This document shows positions 30,557-41,136 of a DNA stretch of 64,000 nucleotides, piece by piece. Position numbers and translations under genes: made by a program. Under the pieces are notes generated by a model that saw only the letters and a list, made by a program, of their open reading frames with translations, had not been told where the DNA came from and did not search any database. Numbering within the stretch: the first letter of the stretch is position 1; each line of letters opens with the position of its first letter. Where the stretch lies: NCBI GenBank assembly GCA_052279835.1, contig CP181291.1:2240001-2304000 (forward strand), in the 5' to 3' direction. This DNA comes from Microcoleus sp. Lineage in GTDB: Bacteria; Cyanobacteriota; Cyanobacteriia; Cyanobacteriales; Microcoleaceae.

Positions 30557-31843
30557 ATGACTTCTGAACTGCTGCAAAATGTACGGGTGCTAGATCCAGT
30601 ATCAGAGGGCGATCGCCTTGCTGATGTTCTGATTGTGGAAGGTGATATCAAAGCAGTAGAGCCAAAAATTACGGAATTTCCCCCTCACACAGAAGTGCGA
30701 GATTGTGGGGGACAGATTTTAGCACCTGGATTGGTTGATATTTACAGTCACAGCGGAGAGCCTGGTTTTGAGGATCGAGAAACCCTGCAATCTTTGATGC
30801 AGGCTGCTGCTGCCGGCGGTTTTACGCGGGTGGCCATTTTGCCCGATACATCTCCACCTCTTGACAATTTGGCCGGTTTAGCTTTGTTAGAGCAAAATAT
30901 CCGCAATTTTGCCCCTTCCCTTCCCCGCTTATATTTCTGGGGCGCTCTCACTACGGGTGTGGCAGGGCAACATATGGCTGAGTTGGGGGAGTTGGCATCC
31001 AGCGCGATTGTGGGGTTTGCCGATGGTTTACCCCTGGCTAATCCGGCTCTGGCAATGCGTTTGCTGGAATATATTCAGCCTTTTGGTAAGTCGGTGGCTT
31101 TGTGGCCGTGCGATCGCACTTTGGCCGGAAATGGAGTCGCTAGGGATGGTGCGGTTTCCCTTCGCTTGGGTTTACCGGGAGTGCCGGCTGCTGCGGAAAC
31201 TTCCGCTTTGGCTGCAATCCTGGAATTAGTCGCTACTGTGCCGACTCCCGTTCACATCATGCGGGTTTCTTGTGCTCGCAGTGTGGAACTAATTCGAGAT
31301 GCGAAGGCGCGGGGTTTGCCGGTGCAGGCGAGTGTGACTTGGATGCACTTGTTGTTAAATGTGGGGGCAATTTCAGGAAACACCACTGTTTCTGTTCCTT
31401 ATGACCCAAATTTGCGTTTAGATCCGCCTTTGGGTAATCAGGCTGACCAGTTGGCACTGCTTCAAGGCCTCCAAGATGGGGTGATTGATGCGATCGCGAT
31501 CGACCACACTCCCTATACTTATGAGGAGAAAACCGTGGCTTTTGCTGATGCTCCACCAGGGGCGATCGGTTTGGAATTAGCTTTACCTTTACTCTGGCAG
31601 AATTTGGTAGAAACCGGCGATTTTTCGGCTCTAGAACTGTGGCGATTTTTGAGTACCCGCCCCGCCGTTTGTCTCGGACAAACCCCTCCTACGGCTGCAC
31701 CAGGAGTCGCTGCTGAGCTGATTTTATTCGACCCACAAAAGAGTTGGACTGTGGATGGGCAAAGTTTGAAGTCGCGATCGGTCAATACGCCTTGGTTTGG
31801 CAAGAAATTAGCCGGAAAAGTTCTACAAACTTGGACTTATTGA
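30557..31843 (+). CDS. pyrC: Dihydroorotase-like protein (cyanobacterial PyrC family)
   Basis: [30 protein letters not shown]; first metal-ligand His appears replaced by Tyr. Confidence 0.8.
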
Positions 31844-31915
31844 CCATTGATATTGGGATAAAAATTAAAATGTATATCCTTTATTTTATGCTTTAATATT
31901 TACAGTAGTTAGCAT

Positions 31916-33247
31916 TTAAATAAAGTCAGAGCGATTTTGAGGTAATATTGACTGCATTTCCTGACAACGTTCCAGATAATTTTGTGCAACCTGATCCAGC
32001 GGATTTAGTTGCAGACACTCACCAAACAATTGTGCAGATTCTTTATGTTTACTCGCACTGTAGTTATATAAAGCTTCTCGAAATATAGATAAAGTCCTTG
32101 ACTTGCCTTCCTTTACTTCAGGTTTATCCGCTTCAAATACTTCATAAATTGTCACCAAATTAGATTTTCCTTTGACTCGAACATGACCGATATTGCGGAT
32201 ACAATCCCGTGGAAAATCTGTTAACTTGGAAAAAGTATTTTGAGTAATTAACATTGATACTCCGTAGCTTTTTGTCAGGCTTTCCACCCGCGCCGCTAAA
32301 TTCACCGCATCCCCAATCACTGTACTATCCATCCGATTAGTTGCCCCAACGGTTCCTAACATCAATGAACCTGTATTGATACCAATCCCAATTTTAATCG
32401 GTACATAACCAGCATTAACCCGATATAGATTATAATCATCTAGACTGTGCAACATAGAAATTCCGGCTTGGACTGCATCAACGGCACTGTGACCAAATAA
32501 AGCCATAATTGCATCCCCAATATATTTATCAATAAAACCGTGATTTTCAATAATTCCCGGTTCCATGCGACTTAAATAAGCATTAATAAATTTAAAATTT
32601 TCTTGGGGTGTCATTCCCTCCGACAGAGCAGTAAAATCCCTAATATCAGAAAATAATATGGACATTTCTTTTTCCACGCTGTCCCCCAGTTTAACATCGC
32701 TCAACGTGTCACGGCTTAGCAGCGAGACAAATTCATTAGGTACAAAGCGTTTAGCAGCTTCCGTTAATTTTGATTGCTGTTGTAGGGCAAATTCCAACTC
32801 CTGATTTATTTTCCTAAGTTCCGCATTTTGTGCACCTAGTTTTTTATCTTGACTGTAACTGTGGACCGCTTCTGTTACCGTCAATTTCAAATCTTCAGTT
32901 TGCCAAGGTTTGCCTATATAACGATAAAGTTTAGCATTTTTGATAGCATTTCCTACCGCCTCAATAGTCGCCTGACCTGTTAGCATCACCTTGAGAGTTT
33001 TAGGAGATAATTGGTGGACTCGCCTCAACAGTTCATCTCCTTTCATGTCTGGCATCACGTAATCGGAGATAATTAAGGGAATTTCATACTCGTCTTCCAT
33101 CAATTCAGCAATTAATTCTAGGGCATCTTCACCTCCTTCAGCAATTTCAATTCGATAAGTATTACCTAAAGCATCTTTTAATTCAGTTTTGAGACTTTTC
33201 AAAACTGTTTTTTCATCATCCACACAAATAATAACTTGTTTGGTCAT
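31916..33247 (-). CDS. Receiver-adenylate/guanylate cyclase (class III)
   Basis: REC (VDDE, ISDYVMP, KPW); LFSDIRDFT, DKYIGDAIM, TVIGDAVNLAARVE. Confidence 0.92.
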   Translation of the reverse strand: MTKQVIICVDDEKTVLKSLKTELKDALGNTYRIEIAEGGEDALELIAELMEDEYEIPLIISDYVMPDMKGDELLRRVHQLSPKTLKVMLTGQATIEAVGNAIKNAKLYRYIGKPWQTEDLKLTVTEAVHSYSQDKKLGAQNAELRKINQELEFALQQQSKLTEAAKRFVPNEFVSLLSRDTLSDVKLGDSVEKEMSILFSDIRDFTALSEGMTPQENFKFINAYLSRMEPGIIENHGFIDKYIGDAIMALFGHSAVDAVQAGISMLHSLDDYNLYRVNAGYVPIKIGIGINTGSLMLGTVGATNRMDSTVIGDAVNLAARVESLTKSYGVSMLITQNTFSKLTDFPRDCIRNIGHVRVKGKSNLVTIYEVFEADKPEVKEGKSRTLSIFREALYNYSASKHKESAQLFGECLQLNPLDQVAQNYLERCQEMQSILPQNRSDFI

Positions 33248-33636
33248 AGTGATAAAGCAGTTTTAATGGTTTCGATCAACTCTTCTTCTGACCAAGGTTT
33301 GTGCAAACAGCGATGGAGGTTTGCTTCATCGAACGCCCTCTGGACTGCATCTTCATCCGCTTGACCAGTCAGCATAATTTTAACAATATTCGGAAATTTT
33401 TTATGGACTCGAACTAAAAACTCGTCTCCCTTCATTCCTGGCATCAACCAATCAGAAACAATTAAAATAATCATTGTTTCGTCATCGTTGAATTCATCGA
33501 TTAACTCTAAAGCATCCGCAGGACTCTCTGCCATTTCATAGGCATAGTTACTACCAAATGCTGATTTTAATTGGGTTTTGAGACTTTTCAATACCACTTT
33601 TTCGTCGTCAACGCACAGGATGATTGGCTTAGACAT
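33244..33636 (-). CDS. Single-domain response regulator
   Basis: CVDDE, VSDWLMP, MLTG, HKPW; 4-bp overlap with the cyclase gene. Confidence 0.92.
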   Translation of the reverse strand: MSKPIILCVDDEKVVLKSLKTQLKSAFGSNYAYEMAESPADALELIDEFNDDETMIILIVSDWLMPGMKGDEFLVRVHKKFPNIVKIMLTGQADEDAVQRAFDEANLHRCLHKPWSEEELIETIKTALSL

Positions 33637-33877
33637 TTTTGGCCTGTTGATTAGGATTATACCAAAAGGAATATGGAAGATGGAAGATGCAATAAAATCA
33701 ATGATTTTAGTAATTCAAAATGTCATCATCACCAAAGTATTGAGTATAATACTAGGAATTTGTCAGGGTTTGAATCAACTATAATTTTCATTGATTTTGA
33801 ATTGACAAACAACCGAATTTAGGAAAAATTGGGAGTTTTTTATAGCTACTCGATCCTCAGCCTGTTTTTAGGAAATT

Positions 33878-36658
33878 TTAGGCAAGATTCGCCGATAGGA
33901 AAACCGTAAAAGTGGTTTTGCCGGGAACCGATTCCACCTCTATTTTACCATGATGTTTTTCAATAATTTTTTTGACAATATCCAGCCCCAGACCACTACC
34001 TTCTCCGGGGGGCTTAGTAGTAAAAAATGGCTCGAATATTCTGGGCAGAACTTCGGGTGGAATTCCCTGACCACTATCGGTGACTGCAACTTTGACATAA
34101 TTACCCTCCTGAAGCAGATCGATCGTCAATGTTCCTTTATTCTTCATTGCTTGCAGGGCGTTATGAATCAGATTTGTCCACACCTGATTGAGTTGGTCTG
34201 CGTAGCAGAGGATTGGTTCTATTTTTTGGAAATTTCGTAATACTTCTACGCCGTGTTTGATGTTATTTTGGTACAGGGTTAGTACCGTTTCTATGCCATC
34301 GACTATATCCGATTGAATCATGGCTTCCGACGAGTCGTAACGGGCATAATTTTTCAGTGCAAATACGACTTTTGATGCTCTATCTGTTGCGGTATTTATT
34401 GTTTGAGTTCCCCGCTGAATTTCTGAGAGTTTGTAAGCCATTTCCAAGATGCTATGCCGATCGCTATTTTGTAGCAAACTCAAAAATTCCTCGGCTTCGT
34501 AAATTCCCATATCGACCAAGGTATCAGCGATATCATCAGCATCATCAATATCTTGGTCTTCCAGTTCGCTAATTAAAGACCGCTTTAACTTCCTTTCTTC
34601 TTTGGCTGTTAAACTCATATCTTTTTCCAGAGACTTGTTGAGCAAAAGGAAGAAGATTTCAGCTTCGGCGCTGGAAAGTGACTGAAACAGCGAGGGTAAG
34701 TTAGAAAGAGTTTGTCCCAAAAATTTAGTCATATTTCCAGCACTCGATCGAATCGCACCCAAAGGAGTGTTTAGTTCGTGGGCTACTCCGGCTACTAATT
34801 GTCCTAACGCAGCCATTTTTTCCGATTGAATTAGTTCGTTCTGAGTCGCTTGCAAATAGTTCAAAGCTTCCGAAAGTTCTTGAGTTCTTTGGGCGACTTC
34901 AATTTCGAGGGTGTGGTTATATTCCGCTACCAACTTCTCACTTTCTTTGCGTTGAGTGATATCCGCCAAAGCTGCGATCGCATAACTGACTTTTCCTTTT
35001 TCATCATAAATTGGCGTTCCCCAAGCTTCAAGGGGAATCACCCGATCGCCTTTGTGGATTTCTAAGTCATCAAAATTGACACTTGAGCCATTAAAAGCAC
35101 AAATTATTGGATGTTTCTCAGGAGGGTATATTTCATTACTACCAGCCAGATAAATTTGATATTCCTCTCTAATTTCATCACGATTAAGACCCGCCACTAT
35201 ACCTTTTCCCAGCAATGATTTGGCGCGAGAATTAATGTAGTAGGGCTGACCGCTAGATTCAGCTACAAATATCCCCACTGGAACGGCTTCTAAAATTTGG
35301 TTAAGTTGGCTTTTACTCTCAGATAATTCTTCATTCAAAGCTTGCATTTCCGCGAAGGAGAGTTGCAGTTGTTCCGCCATACTCTTAAAGGAATGAGCCA
35401 GTTCCCCTACCTCATCATTACGGTTAATTTCTACAATTTTTCCCCACTGACCTTTGGTAATATTTTTGGCGGTTTCATTCAAATATAAAATTGGCTTAGT
35501 CACCCATCTTGCCGTGAGTATGCCGATAATTATGGCTACTGTAAAAGCAGCAATGCACAGCAAAATAGTCGTCCTAGTGTTGGCATTAATTTGTTCCAAG
35601 AAGTCAGATTCTGGAATAATTACCACAATCAACCAATCCAAACCCTTGTCATCCTTTAAGGGTGTAACTTGCATAAATTGTTCATGGCCTTGAATTTGAA
35701 AGTTAAGCTGTTGGCTCTGCTGAATATTATTTAGATCTCCAAAGCGTTCTTCCAAGTATTTAGTTGTCAGACTTATTACGCTATTTTCACTATTTATAGC
35801 CCGAATTCTTTCGGTTTCTTCACCCTTAATTAAATATACTGGAGCCGTAGTCGATGTAGTGATTAAAGCCCCGGAACGCTCGACAATAAATGTCTGTCCT
35901 GATTTGCCAATTTTCAACTTAGCAAGAAACTCATTCACTCGCGAAAAAAGTAAGTCTGTTCCAAAGACTGCCTGCAACTCTCCCGATGCGTCGTATAATG
36001 GCTGGGCTGCTGTAATACCCAATCCTTTGCTAGTAAAATCAGCGTAAATTTTACTCCAAGTTGCCTTTTTTGCTTCCGTTGCTGCGGTGTACCAGGGACG
36101 GACTCGCGGGTCATATTTCGGTTTAACTTTAACTAAATCAGTACGTTCACCTTCCTTATTGACAGCATAATAATTCATGTTGCCTTCGGTCAGTTCGCTT
36201 CTTTCTTGCAGTAAAAAATTACCCTCATTTGTACGCCTCACGCCAATAAAATCTCCCGCTGGAGTAGCAACATATGTAACGCTTACAGTGTCAAAAGTTT
36301 GCAGTTGCTTCCAAAAGTGACGCTGGATTTTGGGAGTGTCTTGCAAATTCAGATCCCCCAATTCAAAAGCATTAGCTTTAAATTGATTGAGTTGATGGGG
36401 AAAGGTCATGTATGCTTGAACGCGCTCCGAGATGCGATCGCTAATTTCTTGTCGCAACTGAGAAGCAACTTCATTAACCGCTTGTTGTCCGTTGCGAAAC
36501 GACAGATAGCCTACAACTCCCACCGCAGCGAAGATTTGCAAAACGAAGGGAACTATCAGGACTGTTCGCAAGGGGAGGGAGCGAGCATTTTTTATAATCG
36601 CTAATTTGCCCGCAGATTGGCTTGGGTCTGCAACTTTGACGCTCGATCGTGTAATCAT
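33878..36658 (-). CDS. Membrane sensor histidine kinase (Cache-HAMP-PAS-HisKA-HATPase)
   Basis: Two TMs flanking YDPRVRPWY dCache motif; DEVGELA HAMP; GVAHELNTP; NLIHNA; DSGQG; GSGLGL. Confidence 0.92.
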   Translation of the reverse strand: MITRSSVKVADPSQSAGKLAIIKNARSLPLRTVLIVPFVLQIFAAVGVVGYLSFRNGQQAVNEVASQLRQEISDRISERVQAYMTFPHQLNQFKANAFELGDLNLQDTPKIQRHFWKQLQTFDTVSVTYVATPAGDFIGVRRTNEGNFLLQERSELTEGNMNYYAVNKEGERTDLVKVKPKYDPRVRPWYTAATEAKKATWSKIYADFTSKGLGITAAQPLYDASGELQAVFGTDLLFSRVNEFLAKLKIGKSGQTFIVERSGALITTSTTAPVYLIKGEETERIRAINSENSVISLTTKYLEERFGDLNNIQQSQQLNFQIQGHEQFMQVTPLKDDKGLDWLIVVIIPESDFLEQINANTRTTILLCIAAFTVAIIIGILTARWVTKPILYLNETAKNITKGQWGKIVEINRNDEVGELAHSFKSMAEQLQLSFAEMQALNEELSESKSQLNQILEAVPVGIFVAESSGQPYYINSRAKSLLGKGIVAGLNRDEIREEYQIYLAGSNEIYPPEKHPIICAFNGSSVNFDDLEIHKGDRVIPLEAWGTPIYDEKGKVSYAIAALADITQRKESEKLVAEYNHTLEIEVAQRTQELSEALNYLQATQNELIQSEKMAALGQLVAGVAHELNTPLGAIRSSAGNMTKFLGQTLSNLPSLFQSLSSAEAEIFFLLLNKSLEKDMSLTAKEERKLKRSLISELEDQDIDDADDIADTLVDMGIYEAEEFLSLLQNSDRHSILEMAYKLSEIQRGTQTINTATDRASKVVFALKNYARYDSSEAMIQSDIVDGIETVLTLYQNNIKHGVEVLRNFQKIEPILCYADQLNQVWTNLIHNALQAMKNKGTLTIDLLQEGNYVKVAVTDSGQGIPPEVLPRIFEPFFTTKPPGEGSGLGLDIVKKIIEKHHGKIEVESVPGKTTFTVFLSANLA

Positions 36659-37196
36659 GCTTAGAAAGACTTGTTGGCGATGAGGTATTATATCATTTCG
36701 ATGAGCTGCACCCGAACAAGTTCAGAACTAATTATACCAGCAAACAGATTCTAGATTGGGCGATATTTAAAATCCCAGCTATGGCGAGCTTGATTTCCCG
36801 TCTATCTGTGGAATATGTTACAGACTGTAAACGGAACATAACTTATTTGGTCGCTAGAAGGCATTAGCAATATGTCTTAAATTCCCTAAGCCAATTGGCT
36901 AATTTTTGCGATAAAAACCCGCTATCTCAGAAAAAAAATTCGCCAAAAGTCACAATCTTTTGAGCAAATAGATTGGTTAACCCTTCAACTCTCTTGTCTC
37001 TGATGCGTAAGTTTCATTTTTGCTCTGTAGCACTTCTTTTTTAGTTCGCAGCACCTTACAAAGCAAAAAAAAGGTGATGGTATTGTGCCACATTTTACAA
37101 GAGACTGATTCAGCAAAGCCTGTAAAGGGCAGACTGGATGCCTACCCCAGCATCATTTTTGGAAATATTTGACACTCCTGAGCCTGAAGCGTAATC

Positions 37197-39455
37197 TTAG
37201 GTGAGCGATCGCAAATCCACGCGACGAATCGCCACCACCGCAGGCTTAGGCGGATCATTAGGTTTATTCCCAGGCCAATTAGAACCAATAGGCACTTTAC
37301 GAGTTTGCATAAACTCCTGACCATCAGTAGTTTTCATCGCCAACTCACGGCTCTCAAAAGCCAGATCTAGGCGAGTTCCATTCATCTCTCCCGGATGCTG
37401 AATAGAAAGAAATAAAGTCTTTTCATCTTCAGTAAAAAACGGCCCAGTAGTTTCGCACTCCATCGGCCCAATTCCAAACAAGAAAGCCTCCCCCGCATTC
37501 GGACCAGAAGCAGGCAAAAACCAAATCGAATTGTTTCCGTACAAACCCCGTAAATTAGATTGGCTAATCGGCTTTCCATCCTTACCAACTCTACCCGGAG
37601 GAATGGCAGAATTTAGTTTATCAGAAGACATATCATTCACCATCCAGATATTACCACTCTTGTCAATCATCAAATTATCTGGATTAGCAAAACCCAACCC
37701 GCCCTCAGCAGGTTCACCACCAGTCGCAAACATTTTCCACTGGAAACTCATTGCAGATGGTTCGTTACCATCTTCCATCAAACGCATAATCCAGCCGTAT
37801 TCGTGAGCTTTACCATCTTTACCTTGAAAAATTCGCAAATCTGGACCACCGTCGGTATCGCTTCCCGAACCGGAAGTAAAGGTAATATAAAGAGAACCAT
37901 CAGGAGCAATTTCCGTATCTTCAGGGCGAGCAGTGCAAGTAGCACCAGCCGCACTTGCGGCATAATGAGCGTCAATTAAAATTGCACCTTGTTTTTCCAG
38001 AGCATTGCCTTGATAAAGGTCGCCTAGAGTCTTAAACTTCTGTTTAAAAGCAGCGACATCGGCATCTTTTTCAACTTTAAAAAAACCGCCTTGTGGTCGC
38101 TGCGGTAAATTAATGATTCCCCCTGCATGAATGCTAGGCAAATCTGGATTAACAGGAGTGTCAGCCTTGAGTGCAATCCAGCTACCCGTACCGTCAGCAT
38201 TAAACTTAGCAGCATAAAGCATTCCCTCTGTCAATAGTTGGGAATTAGCTTTGTCTTTGGGGTTTTTGACCGCATTTTTGCTGACGAACTTGTAGAGATG
38301 ACCGCTGCGGCGATCGCACCCAGAGTAAAATGCTAAAGGTTTGCCCGTTACAACTCGAATTCCCAGGGCTTCGTGGCGGTATCTTCCCAACCAAGTATGC
38401 TTAGTTCCATAATCCTTCGGATTAGCCGGGTCTAATTCCACCATCCAGCCGTATTTGTTCCCCGCCAACCCGAAGACATTACCCAAACCGCCCATTTCTT
38501 CGGCATCAATGTAGAATTTTTTCTGACCTGGGTCAAAAGATGTACCATCGGCAAATACAGGTTCCGGTACTAAATTTTGGATATTTTCTTCAGCACTAAA
38601 AACTGTTCCCCAGGGTGTCGTACCGCCCGCACAGTTAGCAAAAGTGCCGATAATTTTGTCACCCAATTTGTCCTGATAGCCTTGACCTTTTTTGTTGAAC
38701 ACAGCTACAGCCGGGCCTGTTGCTTTCACGTAGCGTCCGTCTGTTAAACCAGAAATACCAGTAATTCGGCGATCGGCTTTAGAATTAGTCCGCTCCCATT
38801 GGCCCGCTGGATTGCGGCGAATGGATATGACTCCTATCCCTAAATCAACTAAAGCTTCTGTACTCACCTCCTTAACCATCTTTTTAGTTGGCTCTTTGTC
38901 ACCCAAGGAAAAAGCATTAATTCCATCTTTTCCCGCAGGTTTGAGTGCAGTTTCTATCTCAGCAAAAGGGAGGGACTTACCAATGATTTTTTGATAGGTT
39001 TGAATCCAAGGCTTGGCACTAATGTATTCAAAATTAACAGTCAAAAATCCTTCATCTTTGCTGGTTTCAACAAAGGAGAGATAGTCATTGTTATAGCCGA
39101 AGCGAGAATCACCTACTTTGTCTCCCCAAGCCGCGATAATATCGTAAATAAAATCTTCGGGGAGTAGCAGGTCGTCTGGGACTTCGTAGGTACTGTAAGC
39201 TTGGATTTGCTGTTGTGATGACGACGTACTAATTTCGATTAATTGTCCGGTTTGTGCTACGGTGCTGCTACCTGACAAAGGCATTGGCCCTTTAAGGGGT
39301 TTAAAGTTTATGCCTCCTTGAGTATTAGCAGATGTATTTGTCGCATTCACCGAATCTACGAAGGGGGTGAAGGCTTTTTGCTGGCAAGAATTGAGTGCGA
39401 TACTACCAGCACTTGCACCTAAGAAAAGTAGGAATTCGCGACGCTTGATAGTCAT
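37197..39455 (-). CDS. phoX: PhoX family alkaline phosphatase (Tat-exported)
   Basis: Tat signal KRREFL; NCAGGTTPWGT, AEEN, GRYRHE, RPED, NPDN, ETTGP, IQHPG. Confidence 0.9.
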   Translation of the reverse strand: MTIKRREFLLFLGASAGSIALNSCQQKAFTPFVDSVNATNTSANTQGGINFKPLKGPMPLSGSSTVAQTGQLIEISTSSSQQQIQAYSTYEVPDDLLLPEDFIYDIIAAWGDKVGDSRFGYNNDYLSFVETSKDEGFLTVNFEYISAKPWIQTYQKIIGKSLPFAEIETALKPAGKDGINAFSLGDKEPTKKMVKEVSTEALVDLGIGVISIRRNPAGQWERTNSKADRRITGISGLTDGRYVKATGPAVAVFNKKGQGYQDKLGDKIIGTFANCAGGTTPWGTVFSAEENIQNLVPEPVFADGTSFDPGQKKFYIDAEEMGGLGNVFGLAGNKYGWMVELDPANPKDYGTKHTWLGRYRHEALGIRVVTGKPLAFYSGCDRRSGHLYKFVSKNAVKNPKDKANSQLLTEGMLYAAKFNADGTGSWIALKADTPVNPDLPSIHAGGIINLPQRPQGGFFKVEKDADVAAFKQKFKTLGDLYQGNALEKQGAILIDAHYAASAAGATCTARPEDTEIAPDGSLYITFTSGSGSDTDGGPDLRIFQGKDGKAHEYGWIMRLMEDGNEPSAMSFQWKMFATGGEPAEGGLGFANPDNLMIDKSGNIWMVNDMSSDKLNSAIPPGRVGKDGKPISQSNLRGLYGNNSIWFLPASGPNAGEAFLFGIGPMECETTGPFFTEDEKTLFLSIQHPGEMNGTRLDLAFESRELAMKTTDGQEFMQTRKVPIGSNWPGNKPNDPPKPAVVAIRRVDLRSLT

Positions 39456-39678
39456 AGGTAAAACAGAGTTTAACGAGAGGTTATTTGCAGATTTGTTTCA
39501 CACTAGAATGAAGCAAGTCTTTAGACTACCTTCAGCAACCGAGTGAGGAAGCAGGAATACTGGGTATGTTGTTTAATCTTTTCTAACACAAGCTCAAAAA
39601 TAAGGACACAACAAAATTGTGTCCCTAAGTTAATTAAATGGCTAAGATAGCAACCTCTCCTTTGATTAATTTGAAAAT

Positions 39679-40419
39679 TCAGCCAAATCGATAGCCAAAC
39701 CCGCGCACTGTAATGATATATTCCGGTTGACTGGGGTCTATTTCCAATTTTTCTCGCAGCCAGCGGATGTGAACGTCCACTGTTTTGCTGTCTCCGATAA
39801 AATCTTGCCCCCAAATTTTTTCCAGCAACTGATCGCGAGACCAAACTCGACGGGGATAACTCATAAATAGTTCTAACAAACGAAATTGTTTGGGAGAAAA
39901 TTTTACTTCTACACCGCGAACCAGGACTCGACATTCTTCAGGATAAAGAGTTATGTTCTTGTATTGCAGCATTACTGGTTGTGGCAACTGACCGAGGCGT
40001 TGCCTTCGCATCAGTGCTCGACAGCGAGCGATAAACTCTCGCATTCCAAAAGGTTTGGTTAGGTAGTCATCGGAGCCGGCTTCCAAGTAAAAAGCGCAAT
40101 TATTTGCACTTCCCCTGGCACCAATAATCAAAATAGGTACGGGATTTCCTTGATGTCGTAACATTCGACACAGATCTAAACCGTTAATTGAATCCATAAT
40201 CAGCAAGTTAAAGCATGAATCACCGTGATATGACGATCCACTTTGGATGGAAGGGAGAGCGTTGCGCCCGTCGCTAGTAACCACCACCTCATAGCCCTGT
40301 TCTTGGAGGGCTAAAGCTAGCATTTCCCGCAATAGGTCTTCACCTTCGAGTAACAAGATCCGACCCGCTTGTCCAACGGTAGACCTGGAAGGACTTTCGC
40401 TTAATTCAGCAGAAGACAT
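39679..40419 (-). CDS. OmpR/PhoB family response regulator, SphR-like with atypical receiver
   Basis: C-terminal wHTH SKTVDVHIRWLREKLE...ITVRGFGYRFG; receiver motifs degenerate. Confidence 0.88.
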   Translation of the reverse strand: MSSAELSESPSRSTVGQAGRILLLEGEDLLREMLALALQEQGYEVVVTSDGRNALPSIQSGSSYHGDSCFNLLIMDSINGLDLCRMLRHQGNPVPILIIGARGSANNCAFYLEAGSDDYLTKPFGMREFIARCRALMRRQRLGQLPQPVMLQYKNITLYPEECRVLVRGVEVKFSPKQFRLLELFMSYPRRVWSRDQLLEKIWGQDFIGDSKTVDVHIRWLREKLEIDPSQPEYIITVRGFGYRFG

Positions 40420-40507
40420 AAAAATCAGTGTTTGAGTTATGTTTGTTTGTGGCTGGTGGAAGGCGCCTTGTTAAGTGGCTCAGGCGCGCCTCACGCTGCG
40501 ATCGCAC

Positions 40508-40690
40508 TTATAAGATCGCCTGTTCAATCGCTTTACATCCTCTGCCAGTCCATCCAACAGATGCGCGCTCGACCTTTGCTACTTGCTCGTGCAAGGAATA
40601 AAGCCGTAGAGCAGTTGCCGAAGCCGCGCTGTCTGCCTGCGTCCAGGCTTGTGACGCCTGGTCTTTTTTAGGGGGTGGTGTTAATTTCAT
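40508..40690 (-). CDS. Possible 60-aa small protein in the Pho-regulated leader
   Basis: ATG ORF MKLTPPPKK... between the Pho box and the regulator; no clear RBS. Confidence 0.3.
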   Translation of the reverse strand: MKLTPPPKKDQASQAWTQADSAASATALRLYSLHEQVAKVERASVGWTGRGCKAIEQAIL

Positions 40691-40749
40691 AAAACATTGC
40701 CCGCTGATAATTGACCAGGTAACACCCAATCTATAGGGAGATGGTCGTT

Positions 40750-40793
40750 ATCATACTCTTAAAAGGTTATGAAAAGGTAAAGCTTTGGTAATT
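40750..40793 (-). promoter_or_regulatory. Pho box (SphR site) with -10 element
   Basis: Minus strand AATTACCA-aag-CTTTACCT-ttt-CATAACCT (11-bp period, close to CTTAACCT consensus), followed by TATGAT at 40755-40750. Confidence 0.75.
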
Positions 40794-40851
40794 AAGTAGT
40801 TAAATTATTAAGGTCAAGTAATATAAATCTGAATTGGCGATCGGTACGCCT

Positions 40852-41136
40852 CTAATCGTTTAAAAACTCAACATTGCTATGTTCTAGTTCGGCGGCCCAA
40901 GCTACTTCTCCTGTTGCATCATCTACCAGTGCTAAGCCAGTCAATTTAGCGCCTGGATCTATTTTTAATCGCAAGGGTGCAATTTGGGGATTTGGTAGAA
41001 CATCTTTCAGGATGATGGTGAACGGGTAACGTTTCCAGACAGCGGCTTTGCCCTCTTGAAGCAGAATCCTGGAGCGGCCTGGATGGATAGGATTTAGAGG
41101 ATTTTTGTTGGTGTCTACAACGAATATTTTGCTCAT
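40852..41136 (-). pseudogene. iscB: Truncated IscB (PLMP/RRXRR N-terminus + RuvC-I only)
   Basis: VVDTNKNPLNPIHPGRSRILL..GKAAVWKRYPFTIIL, LKIDPG, WAAELEH, then an unrelated 8-aa tail and stop. Confidence 0.88.

Noticed and set aside
39620..39650. Second Pho box directly upstream of phoX
   Set aside because: CTTAGCCA and ATTAACTT half-sites are 12 bp apart rather than 11, and there is no third unit
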